Below, in pieces: positions 25,422 through 36,709 of a stretch of 64,000 bases of DNA. The DNA is from Microbotryum violaceum (Eukaryota). Within the stretch, counting starts at the first letter, position 1. Every line of letters starts with the position of its first letter. The stretch covers positions 868,001 to 932,000 of the forward strand of contig CDLV01000005.1 of NCBI GenBank assembly GCA_001244265.2, read 5' to 3'. The notes beneath the pieces are model-generated. The model saw only the letters and a list, made by a program, of their open reading frames with translations. It was not told the DNA's origin and ran no database searches. A program made the position numbers and the translations under genes.

Positions 25422-26429
25422 ATGGGCATCCCACTCAAGTCGCTGCTTGGCAAGCGTGACCCCCCGGGCTTTCTTCCATCAAATGTTGCGTCCTTCTACA
25501 CCTGGCTGTACGACTCGAAGAAACCCATAGTTTACCACTACGAGAGCGAGATCATCTGGCACGCGGTTGGGGAGTCGACATGGGCCCAGCTGGACGCGTA
25601 CCTCATCGCCATGAGCAAGCACACGAATCGGTGCCGTCGGCATCTTTGGTACGACTCGAGCCTGAACCTCTTCTCGGCGAAGGTGCGCAAGGAATGGGCC
25701 GAGTGGTTGGGCACGATCTCGCGGTACGAGTCGGACGTCTACCTCGTTCTCGAGTCCACAGATTTCTGTACGTCCGCAGATCCTACACGGAGCACCACCT
25801 AGCAAAGGCTCCACTGGCTACTGGCGGCGGCGGACCTCACGCCTTTCTCTCTTTCGATGTTGCTGTCACCCACCGTACAGAAATGCACCTGATGCGTCGT
25901 GACTTTATCAAGCTCTTCAATGCCAAGCATTCGGATCTTGACCCGCCGCTTCGATCGTCGGATGCCCTCGCTGTGCGCCTGCTCCCATTTGGAGGTCTCC
26001 GGACGTTCCAACCCGATTGGACCGACTTTATCGAGAGGAGGGACCGGCGGATACAACCTGGTTATCTCACGCCGGAGGAATTGCAGCACCTAGAGAGTGA
26101 GTCACTGAACACATCTTCCCGATCCAGACATCTGATTCTTACCGGTGCATTGTCTCCGGGCAGAGAAGGGCATTCGTTTTGGTGCCAGCGATGCCAGCGT
26201 GGGGTTCCAGCACGTAATGGATACGAGGACGCCGTCCGCTCCCGACCCGAGCGATCTGTTGGGACTGCCGTCGCTCATCGGCCAGAGTATATCCGGTACC
26301 TTTGTGTGGCCCGAGGAGCGAGTCGTGTTTCCCAAGCGGCCTCTGAAGCAGGTCACGCTGGAACCGGACGAAGATGACGAGCAATGGTGGGTACGGGCCA
26401 TCGGTGTCAGACGGCTCAGGGACTTTTAG
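25422..26429 (+). CDS. Hypothetical 3-exon protein with no recognised family
   Basis: MGIPLKSLLGKRDPPGFLPSNVASFYTWLYD... Introns at ~25768-25880 (GTACGT..CAG) and ~26097-26163 (GTGAGT..CAG) join three ORF segments in frame, ending ...WWVRAIGVRRLRDF*. Confidence 0.65.
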
Positions 26430-27134
26430 GGGCGCGCTCGGCATAAATGCACGTCTATTCCTCTTGTCCTCTGTGTGTGTGTGTATGTGTCTCTCTGTGA
26501 GATGGACGACCCTTTTTTGACTTCTGCTTTGTAAATCGCTGCAAGTGATGGTGTTTTTTGTTGTTGTTGTAAATCGAACGATTGCGTGCAAGCTCGGCCG
26601 ATGCTTGGAGGAAGCGAACGATTGAGTGCGCTTGGTTTCCCCTTTACTGTTGAGAACATGAGAGATACGAGTACCTTGAAGGGTGGACAGTGGATCCGTG
26701 CCGGCGCTTCTCACGCTCGAGGTGTTTGTAGATAGTCGAAAAATGCCATAAGCACTTTTCACGCACCGGCCGGGTAAGTCATCCTCGGCGGGGGGCGTTT
26801 TGAGCTAGAGGAATATATATATTGGTGTGGTGGGGTCGCTAGGTTTAAGGGTAAGGTTGACAATGACGGTGGGCATATAGCTACCTCGTTTCTCGCCTCA
26901 CGTGATCAAAGAGAACTGCTGCAACGGAACGAAATCCACCAGCCATGTATGTATTGCATGTCGCACGAGCATTCACCTCCCCTCAGCTGCAGTGGGTGGA
27001 CTCGGCACTGAGCTGAGAAAGAAAATCGGGTGGTCATGCAAAAGGGATACACGCGATCTGATACGAGCATTACAATGCAAAAGGCACCCAGTACTAGCTA
27101 CTGCTGTTCAACAACTTGAACCCCCCCGCCCCGG

Positions 27135-27865
27135 CGGCCCATCATTATGTTCGACTGGTTCAATCGCAAGACGCAACAAGTCGTCGAGGCCGTCAACACG
27201 ACGTGGAAGTTCGTGGAGAAGCGTGAGTACTCCAAGTGTCGTGCACAGCAGTGGCTAGTGGCAGGTGAACACGCCCGGCGCTCATGCAGTTCGCATCTTC
27301 TGCAGCTTCCACTCTACTTGTACTAATCCTCGCCCAACTCTACATTGGCGGCTTTTACTACCTGGGGATGCGAGCAGCTGCGTCGACGCCATACGGTGCC
27401 TTTCTCGTGGGGTAGTACCCGATGTCGTTTGGGGCGGCGGCGGCGGCGGCGCACCGAATCAATGCGCTACGGACCGTTCGACCTCGCCCTTTCCTTCGAA
27501 ACATGCAAGCTAGTCTTCGCCAACAGGAGGCGTGATCGCGTGATCGCCCGCGCCGTCCAAGTCCAAGACGATTCAATTATCACGCTACCCTACGTGAAAA
27601 GGCACCGTATGGCGTCGACGCAGCTGCTCGCATCCCCAGGTAATTTTAGGAATCCACCCATGTAGAGTTGGGCGAGGATTACAAGTAGAGTGGAAGCTGC
27701 AGAAGATGCGAGCTGCATTAGCGCCGGGCGTGTTCACCTGCCACTAGCCACTGCTGTGCACAACACTTGGCGTACTTACGCTTCTCCACGAACTTCCACG
27801 TCGTCTTGAGCCTCGACGACTTTTTGCGACTTGCGATTGAACCAGTCGAACATGATGATGGGCCG
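27135..27865. repeat. Long inverted repeat (fold-back): ~281-bp arms at 27135-27415 and 27585-27865 with a 169-bp spacer
   Basis: The left arm (cggcccatcattatgttcgactggttcaatcgcaag...gcgtcgacgccatacggtgcc) matches the reverse complement of the right arm at roughly 90% by manual alignment, with a few small indels. Confidence 0.95.
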
Positions 27866-29063
27866 TCGATGAGGTCGGGGATGAGGGCTAGAGGGAGAAG
27901 AAAGGCGACAAGAGCGGTCCGGTCGGATCGGCACTCGTCACAGTGATGTCCGCGGGCCGAGCTACTTGTCGGCTTGAGACTTTCAGACCCTCCTGTGAAA
28001 AATGGAAGCACGATTTTATTTCCTCGTAGCCTACGTACCGCACCCTGTTTTTCGCGACTTGCACTGCATTGACGCTCCGCATCGTGAAGAGTCGAAGACG
28101 AGTCTCTGAGTGGCCTATGGTCGCCACCTATCCGATCAGCACGAGATGCTCCAGAGACGGCGAGATTTTCGGACGGAGGTGGTTTGCAGTGGCTCCTCCG
28201 GAGAGAATACGCCCGCGCTGCTCCTCTCGCGCGGAGGCGCATCAGCGAGCGAAGCCCCTAAGCCCGACACCCGTCACCCCGTCGGCCGAAGAGGGCACGT
28301 GCATGCGGGTAGCTCATAGAACGTAAAGGTGCGGTGCCCTTTCCGCCAGAGCAGAAAATGGGGCCACAGTTCCGAATTGAACTCCACCCAAGCTGGGCCC
28401 TGAGCCGAGCAAATCTTCCCAGGGTGTCAGCGTACAACCCCAAGCCATCCCACTCTCGCCGAGAGCTTCTGAGTGATTGCCGACTCCTTGGTCGGTCCCG
28501 TGGCAGACACATTCGTGTTAGCTTCATTCCCCCCTTCTGATCTCAGTTCAGAGTCTTTGACAGTATATTACAGCTAGCTTGTACACACGTTCACGACTTC
28601 TAGACCCGTGAGAGCCTGTCGGGCAAATTTACCTTTCGCGCGACGCCGTTTCACGGCGCAGATAAATGAGGTCGCCTCCTGTCCATCGGATTGGGCGCCG
28701 CGGCCGCGCCAGAGATCGAAACGTCAGACCACACTGATCTGGTGGGTGGTGGAGAACCGGTAAAGAATAAGGCCTGTTTTCAGTTAATCTCCTATTTATC
28801 CACAACATCATCACTTTCACTTATGCAATCAAGTATCTCGTGCATCTCAAGCCGTGTCCAGGAGCGACTGCGTAAAGCCCAATACTTGCTGAAATGCCCG
28901 CCATGGTTGTGAGCTACAACAGTAATATTCAAGTTTTCACAATATGACTACGGCAAATATCGCTCAAAAGATTTGTCACCACCGACCTCTCCTCCTCACT
29001 CGTTCATACCCAAAGGAGGGGGAAGTTGGAGGTCACGGAAGAGACTTGCTTCGACGAGAACCC

Positions 29064-31348
29064 CTAATGATGAGACTCCTCGGCACCTGGGATTGATTCG
29101 ATCTGTGGACCACACAAGAGAGCGAAGATAAGTTAGTTCGAAGTGAGATCCACCTTTCTGGCGAAAGAGTGACGCAAGGCGTACCGTATCGAGCTCCTCG
29201 AGCGATTCCTTGATGATCTGCAACGTCCTCTCGAGATCCTCCTCCTCGATCACCAATGGGGGTGCCAGGCGAATACTAACAAGTAAGATCACGCGGTCAG
29301 CTTCGGGACCTTGTTCCAACTCCATATTGTGCGATGACTTACATGTTGACATGCGTCGGCTTGGCCAACAGACCCTTGCTCTTGAAGAGCAAGCACAGAT
29401 CCCATGCGCCGCGACCCTTGGTGCTCTTGGTCTGGTCGATGACGATGGCATTGAGAAGACCTTTGCCTCGTACGGTCGTGATCCACCCTCCATCGGGGCC
29501 GACGGACTTCAACACTTCGAGCCCTTTGCGCATCCTCTGGCCCAAGCGTTCGGCACGCTCCGAGAGCTGTTCGTTGACGAGCACATCGAGCGCGGCCGAG
29601 GCGACAGCACATGCAAGAGGGTTTCCACCGTAGGTCGAACCGTGTTCACCGGGGAGGATCTGCAGCATCACCTCCTTGGTCGAGATCACCGCCGAGACGG
29701 GGTACACACCGCCGGAAAGGGCCTTGCCGAGCAAGACCATGTCGGGCTTGACCTTTGGATTGTGTTGGTGGCAGAGGAGCTTGCCCGTTCGTGCGAGACC
29801 CTATGCCGGGGACTCATAAATCAGCGACATGCCTTGTATTCAAGCCAACTGTTATGAGACTCACGGTTTGCACTTCGTCGCAGATCAACAGGACGTTGTG
29901 CTTCTTGCACAAGGCCTGGACCTTTTCAAGATAGTCCTCCTCGGGAACGACGATACCAGCCTCTCCCTGGATGGGCTCGACGATGAAAGCGGCGACGTTC
30001 TTGCCATGAGCATTGAGGGCGCGTTCCAAAGCGGCAACATCGTTGTAAGGCAATCGTCCAGCGTCACCTTTGGCGACGGGGCAGCGAGGGCCGAGGTTGG
30101 GCGTAAAGGGGCCAAACTCGCGGCGCGACTCGGGGTCGGTCGACATGGAGACGATCGCAATACTGAAAGTGGGGAGAGAGATCACGATTGGATCAGACCT
30201 ATCCTATGCAAGCTGTGCTATGACCAAAACTCACGTTCGACCATGGAAGTTCTCCTCGGCACTAAGCACGATGGCCTTGCCGTCCTCGACACCCTTGACC
30301 TGTCGGTCGCCAACAGTGTCAGCATCAAATGAAAGAAATGCGTCACTGTGCATGTACCGACCTTGTAGGCCCACTTCCTGGCGAGCTTGATCGCGGTCTC
30401 CACGGCTTCGGCACCCGTGTTCATCATCAAAGCCATCTCGAAGCCGGTCAACGAGCTGCAGTTGCACCATCAAGGTCAGCATGGTAGTCAATACGTATAC
30501 GGGTTACTCACCAAATCTTCTTGCTGAAAGGTCCCAACGAACTCGTGTGGAATGCTCGCGACGAGAGGGTCAGTTTTTGAGCCTGGGTCGTCAAGGCGTT
30601 GACGATAAAAGGGTGGCAGTGACCTGGCCGGCGCAAAATCGATGAATGCGCGCGTCAGCTTGCCGAACACGAAGGACACCCCGTAGCATGTGCGAAGATG
30701 TGACCGACCTTGGTTGACAGCACTGTAAGCACTGAGGCAGTCGATGTACTTGTTTCCCTATGGTCATTTCGGGCAGAGGGGTTCAGCTCGGACCGAACGA
30801 GGAGACGTGTCAGATGTGCGATTTACCTCGGGATCCCATACATGGGCACCGGAAGCCCTCTCAAAGACAATGGGAAGAGGGTGGTAGCTGTGGGAGTAAT
30901 GAGGTGCACGGTCCGTGATTAGTGAGACGGGCCTCGGAAGGGCACGGCCACGGGTCAGGATTCAGGGGGCCAACGCGGTCCGAGCGTGTCGTGTCGTGCG
31001 GCGGCGGGCCGAGATCGGTACCGCAGAATGGCCTGCACAATGCCATGCAGGATTACTCTCGATATTACGCATCTTGCGGCGACTGATGATAATGCATGTC
31101 CCCTAAACTTTCCGGACGTGATTCCCGTGGTGATGTGGTCCCGTCGACGAAGCTTGAGCTCGGCTCGCTCGAAAGACGTGTAAAGCAGCCTCCTGTACCG
31201 ACAGTAGACCTCTACAATAGACAATCATATTGTGTGCGCGCACTCACTTGTGGGCGGCAAAGTCTTGCTCGAGTTCGATGCAGTTTTGCGAGGACAACTT
31301 GGCCGAGCCGGAGCCGGACTGCTGTGTGGAGGAAGCGTCGGGCGACAT
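29064..31348 (-). CDS. CAR2: Ornithine aminotransferase, multi-exon
   Basis: [60 protein letters not shown]-lysine motif [29 protein letters not shown] and IRLAPPL. Confidence 0.95.
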
Positions 31349-31899
31349 GGTTTGTAGTAGTAGAGGGTGAGAAACGGGTAGTGGTGATGTTGGTGATTGG
31401 ATCAACTTGCAGCAAAGCAGGTGGTACTTTTGGCTGTGTAGGCTTCGAAGGAGATTCGGTTTGCGAAAACGAACAGTCGGTGAAGTGCAGTAGAGATGGG
31501 TGAGGGAGGAAGCGAACTCAGCGCGCGCCACCGCCGACGTGTGTGCCGCCAGTCTCGTCGCAGCTTTGGACGAGCCGAGAAATGCCGAGCGGCTGGCGAC
31601 GGGCCAATCGGCTTGGCGCCAAATCGTTCCCCAGCAGGCCAAGCGCACGCAACACGGCTAGGTTGGAAGCACCTTACCGCGACTTTTCACGAGAGACCAG
31701 TACGGGAGACCTCTGCAAGACGATCGATAACATTGCTATAACGCTGTCTCCTTCCTCGGCACACCTAATATTAAAATATTTATATTCATCCCCACCCGAA
31801 TAGTACAATTGCAACAGACAGAAATAGAGATTGAGTCAACCCAGACCTCGCAAAATAGAGGGAGAAAACGATGACGAATATGACCTAGAAGAGAACGAG

Positions 31900-31927
<28 letters not shown>
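31900..31927. repeat. Poly(A)28 tract between PBS2 and CAR2
   Basis: Seen directly. Confidence 0.9.
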
Positions 31928-31930
<3 letters not shown>

Positions 31931-32174
31931 CAATGCTCTGATCAATGAAAAAACACGTAATGGGTCCACGCACTTACAAGTAGCCCAGCACCCTCGAAAG
32001 CGCGCGGATAGACGCTGACCCCCTACACAAGCATGGTACCGTACAATGAACCCATGACCAGACCATAGCCCCCCTTCCTCTGGGCCCCTTTAAGCAAGCG
32101 TAAATAAAAATGAAGCGCGATAGGCGATGTAATGTAGCGTGTTGTTGTTCTCCGGATCTCCGCTCAGGCGAGTG

Positions 32175-34545
32175 CTACTGTGGCGATTTTGGGGTGGGGT
32201 GCTCGGCTCGCTGCGAAGGCACAGAGGAGAAGGGTTAGCGTAGGCATCATATCACTTGCTCCCTCAAAGAACACTTACATAAGCCAGTGCGTCCACCACC
32301 CATTGGACCATGTCTACCTCCCTCCCAACGTCCTCCTTAAGGAAGGGGTGTTCCTGATGGGCACCACGAGTTGCGTTAGGACCGTCGGAACGCAGCCCTA
32401 CATCACCAGCAGATCAGAGCTCACCAGTAGTTGAGCATAGTTTGGCCTTCGCACCGCCGACTTTTCCAAGCAGCCCATCACGAAATCCCTCGCCGTCTCC
32501 GAGTATCGCGTTGGCAACGCCGGAGGGTCGCCGTGGACGATCGCGGTCAGTTGCGCAAAAACGTTTGAGTAAGTTTCTGGGGGGTAGGGGTAGTGCCCGA
32601 TCGCGAACTCGATGATGGATAGGCCGAGGGACCAGACGTCGGATGAAGCCGTGTAGGTCGAGGCGACACCTTGCGATTCACCCTTGATCCGTTCAGGCTG
32701 AAATAGTGGGCAATGAGGTCGGGTCAGGTGCGAAGCATTCAATTGTGGATGTCACCATGCACGTACCGCCATATAGCTTTGACACCCAATGTTAGTCTTT
32801 GCCATCGATCGATCGAGCTGACCCGAGACACCAAAGTCGCACAACTTGACAAAGCCTCTGCGGTTGATGAGCACGTTCGTGGGTTTGACATCTGAAATGG
32901 ATTGCGAAAATAAGAGGTCAACTCGGATATCGACCTAATTCTACCGCATCCTTTCAGTACTCACCTCGATGCATAATTGCGAGCTCATCTTTCAGGAACT
33001 TGAGCCCGTGCACGATACTGCTCGTAACTCGCGCAAGCACATTCTCCGGCACATCACACCCAGCGAAGAGCTCGAGCGACCCGGCATCCATGTACTCCAT
33101 GCAGTAGTACACGCATGACTCGATAAAGAATGCGCCGTAGAAATCAATGATGAACGGCGAGGTCGCGCGATGCAGGATGTCGAGCTCGGTGATGATTGTT
33201 TTGAGCTTGGAGTCGTCGAGTTCAAGACGGATCTCCTTGAGCGCCATCGTCACTTTCGTCGGCTTGTGCCACACCTTCTGCACTGTACCGTAATTCCCTT
33301 GCCCCAACTCTTCGAACAGTTCGAAATCCGCCATCTTGATCTTGAACGAGGCTCCCGAGGAAAAGTCAACACCGTCGGCGTGCAGCACCGCCTTGGAGGC
33401 AAAGTTGAGGCGTCCAGAAGGGTCACTGGGGGAAGGGTCGGCACCGATCGTCAGCGTGGTGATTATGAGTACACAGAGTGAGCTGGACTTACACAATCTT
33501 CCTGAAATTTGAAAATGGCGTTCCTGTCCCATCACGAGCTCCCGGACTGGCCACACTCGGCAGTGACTGTCCAGAATCGCCGCCACTCAAGATCATTCCC
33601 GAGGTCGACGGCGAGTCGCCCCCTGGCGATGACGTTGCAGCCCCTGCTCCCATCGCGCTCAAAGTCAATCCTGGACCTGCCCTGCGACGAGCCATCATGC
33701 CACCTCCCCTCCCTGCCGCTGGCCCCGTCGCAGTCATCCTTCCTGGGACGGCCGCCGGTGCGCTCGGTCGGAACGAGACGGTCGAGCCCGACGGTACGGT
33801 CCCACTGAAAGGGGTCGCCGGGGAGGAAGCCATCGCAGAAGCTGGTGAATTAGGGCTCGGTGTCGTGTTGCGCGAGCTCATCTGTTTTGCAAAAGTGTAT
33901 GGGGTATCGTCAGAGAGCGGCTCCGGCCGGAACTCTATCGCGGTCCTCATGACGAGAAGGAGAAAAAGGACTGACCGCGGCCATCTTGGCTGCTAAACTC
34001 GGTGGGATCTTCATAGCCCCTCCTACACCTATCGGAGCACCTCTTACACCAGCCTTGAGCCCACTGCTCGCCGGTCCCAACGGTGCCTTCCTCGTCGCAG
34101 CCGAAGGTGGTAGACTGGCGGGAGCGGTTGCACGAGGGAACAAGGGGGGAGGCACGCCGCCCCCGGGCCGCGGCGCTGCACCTGGACTGGTCGTCGAGCC
34201 TATGGGGTTGGGGATGGGAGGTGGTGACGCGGACAGTATCGGTGTGCCAGAGCTGGATGCGGTCGAGAGCGAGGGCTCCGAGATGGCGGGTGTGCCGAGC
34301 GTAGGTCGACCTGAAGCAGCAGACGATACCCTGCTCGCTTCTGCTCCTTGAACTGAGCCGTTACTCATTATCTCGACATCATGCTCGACCTTGGATGTTG
34401 TGGAGGAGGTGTTGGAGGGTGGTCCGTTGTCGAGGTCGAGTCGCGCGACACTGTCGACGAGCGCAGCATCCGTGCTGTTCGTCGCAGTCGATGGGTCGCT
34501 CGACCGTGCCGACGGATCATTCGAGGTGTTGTTCTGATCCGACAT
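32175..34545 (-). CDS. PBS2: MAP kinase kinase Pbs2/Wis1 (HOG pathway)
   Basis: Docking-like [52 protein letters not shown], activation loop [28 protein letters not shown] and [19 protein letters not shown]. Confidence 0.93.
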
Positions 34546-36709
34546 CGTTCTTCAGATCGGAAGGCGATGGGCCAAAGTGAACCGCAGGGCGAGCAATCGA
34601 GCGCAGTGACCCCAAGTAGCTGTTTGTCGAGAGTCGAGTTGCAGGTCTAGTGGGCGTCGTACGAAGCAGTGAATGGACGAGCGAGCGAAGCGGTCAAGAC
34701 GAGCGAGTGCCGAGCGAGCTACACACGAGGTGAAGGTGAGGCGTGTGGCGTGTGGCGTGTGGCTCGAGCAGCAGAGCAAAGTAATTACCGACAGGAAGAG
34801 CGAGAGAGAGCGGGGGTGGCGGGGGGGAGTAAGCGTCGAAGTGCGAAGCGAGGTAGAGCGAGGTAGCGCACGCTGACATGCACAATTACAGTCATGCACT
34901 GCCATGCGCTGCCATCTGCCAGGCTGTGGTGCGCTGTGGTGCACGCGCTGGGACTCGGCTCCGCGTATCGAGCGAGCGCCTCGCGCTCCCTGATTCCGGC
35001 CCGTTCGAGGCGCCGAAACTACACGCCGGTGCATACGGGTGCAGCGTTGTACATCGATGTGGAAACGAGCGCACTGTTATTCTAAAGCATTCATTAGGGT
35101 CCTACAGCAATCTGGACTGGATCCGATTCCTTTGCAGCCTGCTCTAGTAGGGGTGTTTGGTGTACGTGCGCTTCAATCGATAATTTAATTCACGCCGGCC
35201 CCCGGCCCTTGCACGTTCTTGCCATGTCTCCCACAGGTATTTTCATTCCATCCCTTGACTCGTCATATGGCCCGCTAATCCCACCGCGTGGATTGTCCTC
35301 CTCGCCCTGCTCCTACTCCACGTAGATTAGACCTGCACTGCACTCGGCGATGGGGTCACGGTTCGATCCGAGCATGCACGAAGGTGTGCAATGTCGTGCA
35401 GAGACATTGGACTGGGAGAAAAGCGAGTATGTATACCCAATGGGTATGTGCATGCAACGGTACGTATAGAAGGGGGACATAGGTCGGACGGCTGCCAGCG
35501 ACCGCAACTCACAGAGTGGGGGTGGGGGCTGCAATCGTCGAGAGTGAAGCATCGACGAGCTTGCTCGAGGTACCCCATCAAATCGGGTTCAGAGGATCGG
35601 AGATGCAATGAATTATGGGCTTTGATTGATGATCCCTGGGTCGATGACTCGCCCGGTCACCAGCGACTACCCCCAAAGTGGCTATGACTTATTCACATCG
35701 GCAAGGCACTGTGAAGGCGAGTGAAAGGGACAAGGAAGACGTGCACTTGCCGAGCACGCCCGGACCTGCCAGTCAAGCCCTTCATTTGGACGAGACCAAC
35801 CAGCTTTACTTCATTTCGCATGCTTTCTTCGCCAGTTCGACAAACGATTTGCGTAAGAAAGTGAAAATAAATATGCAAAGAATGCAGTGTCCGACTCACA
35901 AAAAGCCCCACGGCGGCCGCGCTGGCAAGCCGACCAGGCCAATTTCAAGTTGAAGCTACTACTAGCGGTACTCAGCCTGTCGGAACAATTATGTAGAGAT
36001 GCACCACAAAAAATGGGTGAGTGAAACGACTAGCAATCTGTGTCGACCGTCGACTTCAATTTTCCTACCGCCAACGTCTTGGCATCCGATCCTTCCCAGT
36101 GGGATTCAATTCCAGTGGCTGCCCACCCCACCGTCTCCTACCGTCTCTCTCCGTCTCCCTGCCCGAACGGGGCGCGTCGATCGTCGACGGAGCTCCCTCC
36201 CCACTTGTCACGGCCTCATCGGATATCGACCGGCGGCCCGACCGCCTCTGATTGCGATCAAGCAGGTTCTTCTTGGACTAAGGACTCCATTCGTTCGAAC
36301 CCTCGGGCCTCAGTCTACTCCCAGCGACTTTGAAAGCAAGTCTTGGTGCGCCGCCATCCGCGTGACCTCGATCGCGTCAACCCAAACTTACTCGCTCCGA
36401 GGCGCGACAGTGGATGACGATATCGGTCGTACGCGGCCAGGATCGATCATCGCTAGGCGTCGCTCCACCGGAACCTTTCGTGTATCAGTTCGCTGACCCT
36501 ATATCATAGCTCTCGCTCTGAATCGGAGGCACTGCTTCTACTCTCAAATCCCTTCCAGTGTTCATCAGGAATAGAGCCACGTGCCCCGTCTCTGGGCCAC
36601 ACCGCGGATCACTACTTGATCTCGTCAGCGGCCGGGTAAACGCTACGTTCAACACCATATTCAAGGGCTTCGTGGTGGTTTGGTCCTCTCGCGATTGCAC
36701 TAAACCGCA

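Noticed and set aside
35999-36496. 165-aa ORF upstream of ATG13
   Set aside because: No motif or coding-like composition. It is probably promoter or 5' UTR, although a uORF cannot be excluded.
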